Shown: one piece after another, positions 24,330-38,651 of the stretch | Layout of the letters: each line of letters starts with the position of its first letter | Numbering within the stretch: the stretch's first letter is position 1 | DNA from: Harriotta raleighana | Taxonomy: Eukaryota | Assembly: GCA_050575255.1 (NCBI GenBank) | Contig: JBNZDD010013558.1 | Span: 1,245,418 to 1,309,417 of the forward strand | Direction: 5' to 3' | Length of the DNA stretch: 64,000 nucleotides | The notes under the pieces: model-generated | What the model was told of the DNA's origin: nothing | Database searches by the model: none | The model's input: only the letters and a program-made list of their open reading frames with translations | Made by a program: the position numbers and the translations under genes

Positions 24330-25637
24330 CTAAATTGAGGTTAATTCAGCCTTTTATTACCCATTCAAAAGACCTAGGCGATCTTCTCGGAAACGATACA
24401 ACCATATATGGATATGACATATTTATTACCAAAAGAAATACGCTCATTTTTTTTCCAGATTTTCAGAAGGAAAAAGTAATTCAGTCCATCAAAACACTTA
24501 TCGGGATTATGCTGTGAATCTCATCCAAACCTCTCTATTGAAAAGGAGCGATAGAGGGCAGCCCAAGAAAAAAGCTACCACTTCAGCTGAAACCAGGTAC
24601 TATTGGGACAGGCTTAGGTGGAATTCTCGGCAAGAAGGCTGTCAGGATCCTTCTCAACATGGGAAACACTACAGAACTGGAACCGAAGTATTCCTCGGCA
24701 AGGATTAAAACTTCTCTTTCAAGTCAATACTTAACTCGCTCAAAAGAGAAAGCTGGATTATTTAGAACAGTTCTGGAGAAATCCTCAGTAAGTGAAGATG
24801 ACTCTCGGGGTAGACCAAAATGCCACAGAAAAGTAAATGCCATTATCAGCTGATGAGTGTCAGATTACTGGGGCCTCTATGCTTTTTTTTAAAAAGGCAC
24901 TGAACCACCAGCCTGCTGCAGTTAAATCTGAAGTAAAAGCAAAGCTTTCCTTTCATCTGGCTAGGAAAGATGGCTTTAAAAAACAGGCTGGACCCACCAA
25001 TTGATCAGGCAATGGAGACTAAATGATCTCCAATGAACCAACAAAAGTAGAGAAGTAAATTGACTGACTCAAATAAAGGGGTTTCTGTCAAAAACTCAGT
25101 GAGTCTGAATGAAATTTCAAGTAAAATCCTACATTATTTGAACATTTCACCCCCCACCCCAACCCCCAAATAAAACACGTCGCAGACTAAACATTTGCCT
25201 TCATAAAACATGTTTACTTAGACAAAGTTTGCAATCTAGTACTAGTTAATTAATTCACATCTGGTATTATTTAGTAAAACTTTTGTACAATTTCAACCTC
25301 ACTGTGGAATTAGGCAAATCAAGAAAACACTTTTTGCATAGATTTTGAGACAAATGTTCAGAAAGGTCACCTCAATAAAAAATTTTTTTTTTCTTAAATC
25401 ACTTTTTTGGGGGGAATAAATCTAAATTCTTGCGCAGCACTGTGAGCTCAGCACTTGGGGCTTTTCTTCGCTTGTTTAAATTTGGAGTCGTCATCTTTCC
25501 AAGGCGAATAAACATTTCATGAATGATGTCACATGCATACCCCACCAGAGGTCCAGACATAAACAAACCCCTTCCCGACTGCAGAAAGAGCTGTGCCGAA
25601 AGGAATTCAGCAGCAACAAAGCCCCTTGTAAACTTAC

Positions 25638-25918
25638 AATGATCCCAGCAGTCCAGGGGTTCAGGAGGAAGAGGGCGCACACAAGAAACGTACAGGCCAG
25701 TACCACGCTGACGGCCAGGAGCAGCCAATGTCGGAGCCCAATGTACTGTTCCCAGAAAAGAAACGGGTATCCGTTCGGATAACTGGCAATTCCTTGGCCG
25801 GTGAAGTTGCTGCAGATATTTCTGACGCTTTCGATTGCCTCCACAAAGTCTGGCGTCTCACGCAGACCATTGAGGTAGAAAGGAAACTGGGCGTATTCGA
25901 TAGCCTCGCATGCTGGAA
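25638..25918 (-). CDS. PTCH1: PTCH1 exon 18 (281 bp)
   Basis: ttcag|TTCCAGCA ... ATCATT|gtaagt; [28 protein letters not shown]...[18 protein letters not shown]...NPWTAGII. Confidence 0.97.
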
Positions 25919-28690
25919 CTGAATATGAAACAGTGTGTTTATTAAAAAAAATATTTTGCTGATTGCAAGTTATGAGCTGCTGATGACTGCAGTAGCTTTC
26001 AATGTACTGTATTATCAATCCAAATAAAATCCATTTTTAAATTCAAGAACTGTTCTGGTCCCTGTGTGATGTTTGCAAAAAAGTGTGAAAAGAAAGATGT
26101 GACTAATGTCTTCCTATTCAATTTTGTGATATTTCCAAAATAACTATTATTTCTGTAATCTGCCGGTGTTTTTAAAAAAAAACGTTATTCGCTTCATGGC
26201 TGTTTGCGGAGCATTCCACTGTGTGAATTGGCTGCAGCGTTCATCTACAAAATACATAAATTGTGCATCGTACAAAAAAAAACTTCAGTGTTTTGAGAAC
26301 ATTTTGATTTGCTACGAGCTTTAGCAAATGCAAGTGTTACTGTATTACAATGGGAGTAAAAACAAATGCATTTATACAGTGCTCTTCAAGTAGTGACTTG
26401 GAGAGCTTAAAAGATTAAAATATCATCAATATGTGTGGAAAAAAACCCCCAGAGAAACAAAATGCCATCTCTCCATTTCACTTCTCAACCCCTTTTACGG
26501 ATATTGAACATTAGAGCCATTTCCCATACCTCTATTTTTATCAGTAGTGCCGCAAGTGTATGCGACAAATCACAATTGTTTTAGCAACGGAACACTGAAA
26601 CTATTTTCGCTGTTTTATCAATCACGCACTTTCAAAACCAGAAAAGGGGGAAACTTTTTTTTTTTTTTTTTACTTAAATAAGATGTGGATGAATTCTGCA
26701 AAAGCTTGTGAAAAACATGCCGTTTGAGACAAAGGTTTGAACATAAAATCCATTGTGCTGACTACGTTTTCAAGGACATTGGAAACCAATGAGATTTCTT
26801 GAGCTGCTTCAGAAGGGTCTCTCTAAACTGAGGAACTATTGAGATGTAATTAACTGGCAAATCAAGCTTTGATCATACAATGCAACAACGAAAGCATTGT
26901 TTCTAATCAGAATAGTTTAAAAAATCTAAACTCCAAATCCAACTGTATTTTTGACTCACTGCCTTAAGTTTTCTCCCCCCCACAGACAGACAAACTTTAA
27001 AATGCACGTCCTTCCTGGAAAAAATCCCAACAAAACTGGCATTTAGCTTTTTGCTGCTGTGTGTTCCAGACCCTGCAGGGTCATTCAACTGACTTGCTAA
27101 ACATGATTTGCCCTATTATAATCTCAACTATAAATTTTCATTAAGACAAGCCTTGGCTGGCTGCCACCAGGCTCCAGGGTTTAGAATACAGTGAGGCCTC
27201 ATTATCCAATCACATTTCCAGGAGCCCGCTCCGCAGACCAATAACCACAACTAGCAGGCAGCCACATAACTGAAACCTGCACTGAAATTAAATCAATCCG
27301 AGTCCTCTCCGAGAGTCACCGGGAGCCCCTCCACCATATTCGTGTCCCCTGCGTGGCCAATACCACTCAGAAAAGGTCTGATCAAGTGCAAATAAGCTTC
27401 AATCCACAGTGAAATCACATCACTGAACTCATTGGGCAAGAGAAGAGATTTTCTTCTGGTGTCCCGGCCAACAAACCCCCCCCAAAATAAAATTGGACAT
27501 TAATTTCATGGCTATTTGTGGGATATTGCTATGCACGTTTGGACTGCCACATTCGTGCACAAATAAACAGTCACCCCACTTCACAGTTAACCCTGTGAAG
27601 TGCTTTGAGGTGTAATGTTGCTGTAATAAATACTAATCCAAGGTGCCCGATATTTTTAAAGTGAAAATGTGGATAATTGTAAGTGAAATACCAGGGAAAA
27701 TTGCAACAACTGGGGAAAAGTTTGCGTTTCACGTGATGCTTAGAATTCCAACTCCCAGAAACCGGAGTTCAAATCTTCAGTTACCTTGTTTTAAGATCAT
27801 GTTAAAAGAGGACAGACACATCAGAAAGAGAGCGTTTAGCCAAGTGGAGGATTTCCCCCGTGGGAGAAGTGAATAATAGCACAGAGGAGTTTGCTGCCTG
27901 AGAGCAAGAGCATGGCGGCTGTTGCCATGTCTCATGGGAGGAGGACAGATCAGCCTGGGAGGGCAAAGAGAATCAGGGGAGTGACTCTCAGCAGGTATTA
28001 GTGCAGGCAGAAGGTTGGAAACAAATGGTTGAGCAAATTAAATGGGAAAAATTTCCACCCTTGTTTTCATTGTATGTTTTTTTTAAAAAAAGGGTGGTGG
28101 GGTGTGAGATGGTAGCATCATATAGAGTTTGCAGTTAATAATAAGAAAAACAAAAGAGAGCTTTTTGCATCTCAAAATGACCTTTCAGCTGCAGGTAATA
28201 ATAGTTGCCAAACTAGATCCTTCATGAGCACATAATCATTCTTAATAATCTAATAATAGTTTTCCTCATGCCCGCATTTAAACAAACCCGCCTTGGGACT
28301 CTCTCCCCACTTGAAAAGGCGCTATACAAATGTCATTTTGTTGTTGTAAACTGGCAGTGGGAGATTTTTCTTTCAGATGCAGCACAGTTCACCCACACTA
28401 TTAGGAAACCCAACTGAAATGACGAGGGGCCTGGATTTTTGTGATGACCCGTTCCTTTTTCATGTCCACAATGTCCTGGTTGATGCAGATATTGGCCTTT
28501 CCACAGTAGTAACTTTGTTTCGCAGCAGTAATTAGTCTGAAGAACTTCATTCTGTAATCCCACAAATTCATCTGCAATTGAGTTATGGTGCAACCTATTT
28601 TCAACCATTAAAGCTGGGAGTCAAAACAGCCATCTGATGGAAGAAATGGGAGTACGTAACGATGCTATGCAATGGAGGATGAACCATCTA

Positions 28691-28975
<285 letters not shown>

Positions 28976-30391
28976 TCACATTATAAATGGCTTAGCGATC
29001 TTTCTTTGATAGTGCAAAGGCAACAAATTTGAACCAAGATCTCCCTTGAAGAGGTTACTCAAAGCCTAACCAAGTGGTGTGTTTTCTAACATGTCCTCTC
29101 GTTGACAAATTTAAGCAATTATTTCCTAATGTTGCTCGTACAAAAAAGAAAGGAACGACACTACAGTTAGCATAATACAAAAAAAGGAAAGAAAATTTGG
29201 CAAGAGTCCCTATGCACGTCTGTGTGCAGTTAACCTCTGTTGTTAACACTGAAGGAAATGCCACCCAGCAAATGGAGGAGAGCTATAAAAATAAAACAAC
29301 ATCTGTACAAATTTTGCTAGCACTTGCTTCTCCTGACCTATGTATATTCGGAAAATGCACCACGCCAAGAAACAGACAGGAGCGCGATCCTGCTTAGTTC
29401 ACGGTGGGGGAGGGTGAGAGTGGGGGAGGGGATTGGGGGGAAAGAAAAAGAGAAAAGAAACAGCCAAAACATGCACTTAAAAAGAAGGAAATTAAACGTA
29501 TGGAAAATATGCACTTTTTAAAAAAAAACGAAAGAAAACACAACACTGGCCCTGCTCCCATTTCAATCTCTTTTTTGAATGAAGCAAAACACAAACTGTG
29601 ACAGCAGCATGAAGAAAAGAGGTTTGATTTCCAGGCTCTGGATTCAATTAATGCATGGGATACTCAGCAACTGTATGTCTTCAGCTGTCTTTGGAATTGA
29701 ACAGCGCGGGGAGCAACCCCTGTGGGCATGGCACACTTTTCTCCCTCCCAGGCACAGGAAATTACATAAGAAGTTACAGTCTGACACTGGTCCCACACGT
29801 TACACCTGGCAAAGAACAAACTACTGTATTTGAAAGCTGACTACCCTATATACTCATCCAGGGCAACTCTAAATCAGCGATTGTGCCTTAATTCTTTCAG
29901 TGTTAACGGGCCTGCTGTAGTCTGCAGTAAAGTAATATGTTTTACACCACATAATAACTTGAACAATGTACTCTGTAAAACTGTCATCTCGAATATGGCG
30001 AGCACGGTGGAGAATAAGCAGATCTCTTCCCCCAGAACATTATTGATGGTATTCTGCCAGAAAAAGAGAAAAAAAATAGACAAATGGCCTGAGCGAGGAC
30101 TAATTGCTTTTTTTCAGCGCTCACTACCATTTCCATTGAGGCTTCACGTTCCTAATGGATGCAGACAATAAAAATTTGTAGTTCTGTAACCCCGTGTGCA
30201 CAAAGCCATGTGGAGACCTTATGTATCACCACAAGAGAAGCCGTTGAAAACGTCAAGAGGAAATTTGGATTGCACTTTTCAACTCAAGAGGACAGAAGCT
30301 ATTTGGCTAATTTCTAGATTTTCAGCAAGAAAATAAGCACAGTATTTCCTACCAAGCCACACAGCCAGTTGATTTCTTACAAGACTCTTAC

Positions 30392-30534
30392 CTGGCTTAA
30401 GTCAATAGGTTTGTCCCTGTTGCCAGTCTGAACCAGCAACTTGTAGGCAAGAATACCATCATCTGAGCCATTTTTGTAGTTGTTGTAAGTGATCTTCCCA
30501 GCTTGCCAATCCCTGTCAAAGGCGTCTTGCAGGC
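30392..30534 (-). CDS. PTCH1: PTCH1 exon 16 (143 bp)
   Basis: ctcag|GCCTGCAA ... AGCCAG|gtaaga; [47 protein letters not shown]. Confidence 0.96.
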
Positions 30535-30879
30535 CTGAGTAGACAGGAAGTTGAAATGTTTCGTAAATAACGCAATTCGGAACACCAAAGCAGTGATCAC
30601 GTTTCACGTATCATTTCAATTTAAATACCAATATTACAGCAATATTACACAAGTAACGTGCACCACAGTAATTGAAGTGTGCGTCTGTTCACATGTATGT
30701 GTGTATTCACGTGTGTATCTGAGGGTTCAAGTGTATATGCTTGCAATATGTTGGGGCATGAGCGAGGGTAATGAAGCTTGATCAGCAGTGATCTGACTCT
30801 GATTTTTGGTAAATACAAAGCGTTTGTGGGATCAATGTCTGACATCAAGTGGTGCTGCTCTGTTCATCGTGTGGGGGAC

Positions 30880-31260
30880 TATGGAGACCATGGAGATGCA
30901 TTCTTACTGTTTATCATCATCTGAGTGAACTGTGATCAGCCGGTGTAGCAGTGGGCATGAACAATTAGCTTCAGTGCCCAGCACGAGGGAGGGAAAAGGT
31001 TGCCAAGGGTTCCTGTCCGGATTGCCATCCAGCAAACTCTGCTGGAGATCACACGTGTGAGCACGAGGTGAGGACAGGATCAGTTCAGCGCTAATGCTTC
31101 CCACGGTCAAGAAGTCTGATGAGCCTCATTGTTTAGGCTCTTTACAGGGAAAGGGTCCATTTGGATGAGGTATCTGAGGGTAACCAGTGCCACATATGGA
31201 ATTATACTCAGCGGGAAAGCACCACCTTCAGGAGAGGAGGAGGGACAAGGAAAATTGAAG
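30880..31260 (+). mobile_element. Ancient SINE (AmnSINE2-like, tentative)
   Basis: ggtgaggacaggatcag...ccttcaggagaggag shared with copies at 53720-54065 (+) and 56230-56600 (-). Confidence 0.55.
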
Positions 31261-33289
31261 GAAAAAAAGTAAACTTTTTTAAAGATTTGATATGGTGCCC
31301 AATAACGTTTTCTGAAAATTAAAGTATTTAGTAATTACCGAATAATGGATTAATTAATTCCATGACAGTTTGTCAAACAAAACACACTCGCTAGACTTTA
31401 CAGTAAATCCTATGAAACATTTTTAAGACCTCATCTTTAAGTGAAAGGCACTACATTATTGTTAGTAGTAAAAAGAGCTATTATTAAATCATTCATATCA
31501 GTTATTAATAAGATTTAATCTTAATTATCTAAACCACAATTTTCTATTTATGCACAATAATGTCAAATAGTTTATACGTGTTGTTTTTGTTATTTTAGGG
31601 CTGATTTAACAATTTACTTTATTTGAGGAAGTTGCAGATGTCAAATTATTTGTATTATTTTGTTTGGTCTGCCGTGTGTCTGACACATACGGAAATCCAT
31701 CATCATGTTAAAGAATATCCAAACTAAACTGAGAATAAACTACTTAGTGCCTGGATATCCAACACAACATGGTTTGCTCATGTCTGCCCCCTATTGATTG
31801 GTCACAGAGTAGAATGAGCCTAAGAGCCAGTCTTTGAACAGGTTACCATCCATCCTCTTCAGCAAAATCTTGTAAGAATTTGGGAAAATTAACAACATTC
31901 ACTAAAGAAAAATAACATTGTAAGAAAATAAAAGTAGCTGCTGAAATCGAAGCTTGTATGAAAAAAATACAAAAGATTGCAAAACAGCAAAAATGTCTTC
32001 AAGATAGCAATTATTACTAAAGTGCATAAACTGGGGTGAAAAATAGGCTATGTAATGTAATAGCCACAAAACAAAGTTGAATCGTCACCTCATTGCAATG
32101 CTGGAAATTAAATATATTTACACATACAGTTCAGTTTTTATATTTTTGCCCAAATGTATTTTAATTGAATGCAATTGATAAATATGAAGTACAGTGTAGT
32201 ACTGTACAGCATGTACAGTACATTCAGGGCAAACTTTGCTCACAGTGAAATGACATAAATTCTTGCCAGAAAGCAGACTGGTAGAAAATGCACCCAACAT
32301 GGGGGTGGAAGCAGTCTGCAGTTGAAAAGGAAAAGCATCGAAGCCATTCCACGAACACAGTGTGAGTTAGCACTATGCCCTCAATTCATTCCATCTGTTT
32401 GAGTTGGGTAGAACAAGTCGTGAGATCTGCTGCCAGCACGTGTAACGATCACAGCCAACACCTATTCATTTTCAACTGTGATTTTCCTCTGCTGCCTTCT
32501 TAAAAAAAACATGGAAGATCACTAGCTGTTCCAAGCAGGTAATTTGGATCAGATTTGGAACAGGAAGCGGCAGCTCCTTTACAACGAGGCTCTGTGCGAG
32601 CACATGACAAACCACATACCCCGGAGTTTAGACCCACCTCACAGCTGCACTGAGGTTGTAATCAAAACCATCATTACAGATCTGATAGGTTAACTACAGC
32701 TGTAAGGAGATAAGGCTAAAACCAGGCACACAAATGGCATCGCCTGAGGCCTCAGCTCTCACTGTCGAGTTTAAAGAGGGAGAGGGGGGGAGGGAAAGAG
32801 GAGAGAAGAGGAGGAGAAGAAGGGAGAGGAAAAACTCCCACGTAGAACAGCAGACACCAAACTAAAACAAAGTGCTTTGAAGCAATGTGCATTGAACTCC
32901 CAAGAAAAAAAACACGCACACACACACCTGCCAAACTCAATGCACATTCCCAGACCTGCCTTGGAATGAAGAGGAACCAATTTGTAAATACCACCTCAGT
33001 GAGTTCAAAGCCCAACGCTGAGTGTGGCCTCAGTCTGTACTCATGCTTGTCAAAGCTTGGCTTCCCTGAATAATGATCTTGCAACTGGATTGTCTGGCAG
33101 CCCATCAACACAAACACCCACTGCCACAACTATCTACCGTCAAAATGCCTGCAAAAACAGACAAACAAAGCCATTCACACGGTTTCACATGAACAACCTC
33201 TAGTGTTCATCATTTTTCAATAAGAAAGATTGGAGATTGGAGCCTACAGGATGGCAATAAATTGTCAACAAGTTGCAGTGTCAGAGGTA

Positions 33290-33598
33290 CTGCCCTACAG
33301 GTAAGACATTATTGCAACATCCCATTTGTCTGTTCAATTAGACACTAAAGATCCTATGACACTATTTAAAAAGAGAAGGGAGTTTAGTTTCTGTGGGTGT
33401 CCTGACCAACATTGTTCAGATACAATTGGTACTTACTCTGTGGATGGTTTTGAGACATTAATTGCTATTCATAAATTGGAGGCCACATTAATCTACAAAT
33501 TTACATACATTGCACTTTTTAATAAATCGTATGAAGTGTTTTGAGACTTCCTCCTGACATGAAAGGCACTATATAAAATGCAAAGATTATTATTATTT
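33290..33598 (+). mobile_element. Deu-domain SINE remnant (SacSINE1/AmnSINE1-type core)
   Basis: aaagatcctatgacactattt...ggtgtcctgaccaac core plus L2-type tail; related pieces at ~1260-1370 (-), ~27420-27610 (+) and ~51900-52240 (-). Confidence 0.65.
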
Positions 33599-34581
33599 AC
33601 CACGATGGAGGCGTATCAAAGTTTCACATTTGCTTCCTGTCTTAAATAAATCAAAGGGCAGCTGGTGTATCGCAAAGGATATATTGTTGAGCTTCAATGT
33701 GAAATGTTTTTGGTGTTTAATCTCAACCTATTCACCAAACAAAGTATAATGGCTTTAATAATACCCTGAAAAACTGTTGGGTGGAAACATGTGGCATGTC
33801 ATGTTATAATTAACATGAGGACAGAATATGTGGTTGATTTTGTCCTTGTTTAAATGGCAGGGATATGAATGATTTTCTGGGCAGAGGTTTAAATTTTAAG
33901 AGAGAGGGAGGAGAAAGTAGAGAAAAACCTCCCATCGCAAACCTGTAGACACTAAACCAAAACTAAGTGCCTTGAAGAAATGGGCATGAAGCTTAAAAAA
34001 AAGACACACACAACAGTATTAAGTTGATTTGGCGGCATGTTGGATTTTTAACTTAGACAGGTTTGATTTTTCTACTCAAGCTTCTATAGAACTGTATGTC
34101 TACTGTTAATATTAATTACAGGCTACTGCATTGACTAAAAATGAAAAATAAAATCTGCTCAAAATGTTCCCCACCCACGAACCACCCAGCACCAAGCCCA
34201 CCTGCAGTGCCCCCTACTGACATAGTTTATGCCACCTGGGTTATGTTCATCTCGCAATTATCAATAAAGATGTTGGTTATTCTGGGATCAGTCCAAGGAA
34301 TCCCAGTATGAAATCCTAAAAATTAGGCCCCATTATTCAAAGAAGATTCCCAACAACAATGCTCGACATACCACACAATGTCAAACTTGCTTCTTTGCTA
34401 CTAACCTTAAGCTAACAAATGTACATTCACAGTTCCCTGCTGGTGGCCACCGAAAGGCCATTTATTAAACAAATAACTATTAGTTTTTTTTATTTTAAAA
34501 CATTTGCACAATATTTAATGGCTTAAAAAAATTGAACAAATTTTCAGCTTGCCGTAAGAATGAAAAGATTTCTCTTCTTAC

Positions 34582-34894
34582 CTCGCAACCAATCACGAAA
34601 ATAGTGCAGCCACATTCTTGGAAGGTCTCCGTTTTCTTCCAGCAAAATGAATTTGACATCACTGAAGCTCTTGTGGAGGTAATACAGCAAACGCTGAGAG
34701 TTTGGGTAGTCCACTTCTTGTTTAGTTACAATGTACATGTTGTAGAAAGAGAAGTATTTAAACTGTGCTGCGATAAAGTCATATTCGCGGGTATCTCGAG
34801 GCACAATGTCGGTGAGATCCAGTCCATCTCTGACTGTTGTTGTCCCATAGAGGCTGACCCCAAGTAAACCCAGAAAAAGAAATATGACCACAAT
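34582..34894 (-). CDS. PTCH1: PTCH1 exon 15 (313 bp), TM7 and start of ECD2
   Basis: cacag|ATTGTG ... TTGCGAG|gtaaga; [32 protein letters not shown]...[11 protein letters not shown](G). Confidence 0.96.
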
Positions 34895-35901
34895 CTGTGA
34901 CATGGAGGAAAGCGAACAGTCAGTTCAACTGCAGGAACGAAATTCGCAGCACTCAAAACACACAGGAACCTGGATAAGATTAAATCCAATTAGCTAAGAA
35001 AACACTTGATCATAACCCAAACAAATGACCTAATGAGGAATGAATCAGCACCACTGTTAATGGATATGGGCTCTGACAAATAGTGTGGCTGTGAGCAGGC
35101 ATCATTTTATAATTGTTTCACTGCAGTTACCAAGTGGGCTTTTAACCTGCGCACTAAAAGAAAATACCACCATCTGAATCCAAGTGCAGTCATTTCACGA
35201 GGATGAAATAATCTGAAAGTACTAGATGTCGAGATGACTATTTTAAGTGGGTCTGCTTGAAGAAACAACTTCTGCATCGAGAACGATCAAATGCAGGTGG
35301 TAAAGCTCAGCTTTCGTTAGTGAACGGCACACATTCAACCCCCTATAATGGTGCATTTAATTTTTTGGGGGGGGGAGGGGGGGATAATTCAGGACTGAGT
35401 TCATATAGTCAAGAGATCTGATCCTGCCTGGGGCTGCTGGCACATTAGTGCTGTGGCGCAGCTCGCTTTACAGTGTGAATGGGATCGAAAGCACTGGTGG
35501 CAGGAATGGAAACAACTGCACATGTGGAAACCTACAGGTGTCCGGTTTGAGGGGTTGACTGGCTGGCTGACGATGTGAACAGTGAACTGTAACTGCAAAC
35601 TGACTAATGTTGTGAAGTGGAGATAGTTACTGCTTCATTTTGTAAAAAAAAAAGTTAGAAAAATGGGAGAAAGGAATAATATGCAAGTGTTAATAACGCT
35701 AATAAATTTGGTGAACTGTACTCATGAATTGACGGCATTTTGAATTAAGGATTTCACTCTCGGACTTATGGTATGTTGTCAGAGGTTACATTTTTCTGGT
35801 AAGATGACTGTGGCATATCCTTCTTTTGACCACGTTTGTTAGTATCACTTCAATGCTCTGCAACAATACAAACAAGGCACAGATCTGTCTCCACCACTCA
35901 C

Positions 35902-36307
35902 CTTTGTGGTTGGCTTCAGCAACAATGGAGCGTAATGCTTCTCAGCAAAAGAAGAGAGAGTCCATTTAGTGCAGGGTGGTTCCACACATTGATTATTAGG
36001 GTCTGTAAACTGGGACAGAAGATCCCGTGTTGAGCTGGCAGTCTCTGGGGTCTGAGTCCTGAGTGAATCCTGTGCAGTGGGGGTGACTGGCTGCACGGAT
36101 ATCTCCGAGCGAGGCTCAGCCGTCGTGTAGTATGCCTGGGTTCGTGGATCGTATTCTGTCCGTAGCTGGACTGTAGACTGCATGGTGATTTGGGTCTCGT
36201 GGGTGAAGTTTTGGCTGGTGTAAGGTGGCGGAGGCTGGTAAGGGTGGTTGTCATTGGTGTCTGTATATACTTGTGGCTCAATCTGAATCACTCTGTTGGC
36301 ACAAGGA
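35902..36307 (-). CDS. PTCH1: PTCH1 exon 14 (406 bp), cytoplasmic middle loop with PPPY
   Basis: tccag|TCCTTGT ... ACAAAG|gtgagt; [12 protein letters not shown]...QPPPPYTS...[22 protein letters not shown]. Confidence 0.96.
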
Positions 36308-36453
36308 CTGGAAGAAACAATAGAGAAAGCAATCTGTAGCAGTCTCCAACATTCTCACGCCTTGTAATCCTCTGACCGCCTTATTACTACTATCAGTTTT
36401 TTTCTTTCCTGCCAATTTTTCTCCCTTGAGTTTTGACTCATTCTATTCTCCCC

Positions 36454-36459
<6 letters not shown>

Positions 36460-36487
<28 letters not shown>
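36460..36487. repeat. (CA)n microsatellite in intron 13
   Basis: Direct reading. Confidence 0.95.
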
Positions 36488-37401
36488 TTCCCCGTTCTAC
36501 TGGAATAAGGCTCCATGGGTACCTTTCCCAAGAGGCTATTATTCATGTGTGCGGTTTGACAGTGAGTGTCGGCAGGCTATTCAACCACAGGAGGAAACAC
36601 AGCCAAGCCGGGTAGGTTGGAGTCTAAGATGGAGTAATTTGATCTAAAGAGGAGGAAAACTAAATGCCAAACTCAGATTTCATTTTAATATGTGGTTTAG
36701 AAATAATTCTGTTTAGTATGGCTTTATGGTTGTTTTTTTTAAAAACAGCAAAAACATTGCCACTGTGAAGCCAGCAAAAAAAACCCAGGCTTTGTTCTGC
36801 TAGGGTTGGGGAGGAGGCTAAAATAGTAGTGGATGGATTTCAGTTAAGTTTACAATCAGCCACAGCCTCTAGGCTCAAACTGGCTCTGTTTTGGAGCAAG
36901 ACTTAATTAAGGGCTACAGGTAGCTCCTTCCAATCCCAGCCACTGCCCTGCATTCCTGCTCTACACAACTGATTTCAATCTTGTTTTCACAAGCACCAAA
37001 AGGTAATGGAGTGGGCTGGCATGGAGTCCTGTGAACCTTTGAAATCAGCATTAACATGCGTTTTGTAAAACAGAATGACAACTTCAAGCATTTAAATATG
37101 AATGGAATTATTCAGTTCTGCTAAAGTCCATGGGAAAATCTGTAATGGCCGCCTACAGACCATAACTTTCTGATTTATCTGGTAGTTTTTCAGTGGCCAG
37201 GCGAGTTTATTGCTCTTCAAACAATCCCGCTTCCAGTAAATTAACCAATCAGTCAAAAAAAAGCCAGAAAGCTCATTCGTATCCCACTTTAAGAATAAAG
37301 TGAACAGTAAAAGAGTACTCAAATGTCGCAGGCTTCATTCATTTACCCGACACACAAACCTTTTGGAAACTTGCAAAAGTCAGCTTTTCACTGGGTGCTT
37401 A

Positions 37402-37551
<150 letters not shown>

Positions 37552-38642
37552 TTAGACCAGGGAGAGAAAGAGACACATGGCAAACTGCAGGCAGATTGTT
37601 GCTAACAAGAGAATACCTGGATGCCCATCTGCCACAATCCAGCACGCATTAAAAATTCAACATTTTCCATGTTTGTTTGCAGTGCTTTTTAGGAGGAGCT
37701 AAATGCTTGGGATTTGGCAGGGCACTTTTGTGATCCTCTTTGCATCTAGCAACTTACATTCAGACAGATGAAAGAAAATTTCCATAGAGCTCACATTCAG
37801 TCATGACGTGCTGACAATTCCTGCCTGTAAGTGACTGAGTCGTTTTCATTGCGAGACCCTTCAAGCCAGAAAGGAATTTGCTTCGGTAAATTTGTAAATA
37901 CAGCCTTAATGTTGAAATTGATTTTTCAAAATGATGCACTTTAGAACAATCCAGCACAAGCACTTCTTTTAAAAAAAACTACAGGAAACAGCCTCAAAGT
38001 TAAGACTGAATTCAACAATTTTGTCAAATTTGGAACATTCTGAAACGCTACAAATCTAAACCATTGTGGAATTTCTCTCCATTTTTCCTTCATGTTAAGT
38101 TTTTTTTTAAGCACGCCTTAGTTAGGGTTGTATTCACAATGTTAATTGTTTCAACCTAGGAGCAACGGAACGGTTCAATTACTCATATCAAGTGCTAATC
38201 ATTAAAAATAAATTGATTTTCAAATAAATGCAGTAAAATCTTAAACATTCCCAAAAAATGGGTGTTTTTTTTTTAAACACTTTTTCTGCGCTAATTCAAA
38301 GAAACCAAAGTTTCGGTGGGCAAAACACTTTAAAAAATAATAATAATAATTACACTTCAAGGAATACAACAACCTGGATACATATTTGGACTGGACAGAT
38401 TAAAGTATGCTGTGTTGTCGTCCCCCCCACCCATTCATTGCCATCTCTGTTCTCTTGTGTATAAAAACTTAAATGATTTAAACAAGCTATCATCGGTAAG
38501 TTTGATGGAGGGAGAAACTCGCTGCTACATCCTAAAGTTAAAAGGAATGAAAAGTTATGCATAAGGCATGCAGGGAGAAGCCAGCATGACTGGTTGGTTG
38601 GGGCCCAGCCTAAGGTATATGCTGTATGCTCCATTCCTGTTA

Positions 38643-38651
38643 GACCACCCA
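38643..38651 (+). promoter_or_regulatory. GLI consensus site GACCACCCA in intron 12
   Basis: Exact 9/9 match to the established GLI consensus inside a direct Hedgehog target gene; function untested. Confidence 0.45.

Noticed and set aside
32273-32319. Possible pre-miRNA hairpin (GCAGACTG...CACCC-loop-GGGTG...CAGTCTGC) in intron 15
   Set aside because: It is too short and has a large asymmetric internal loop, unlike a Drosha substrate.
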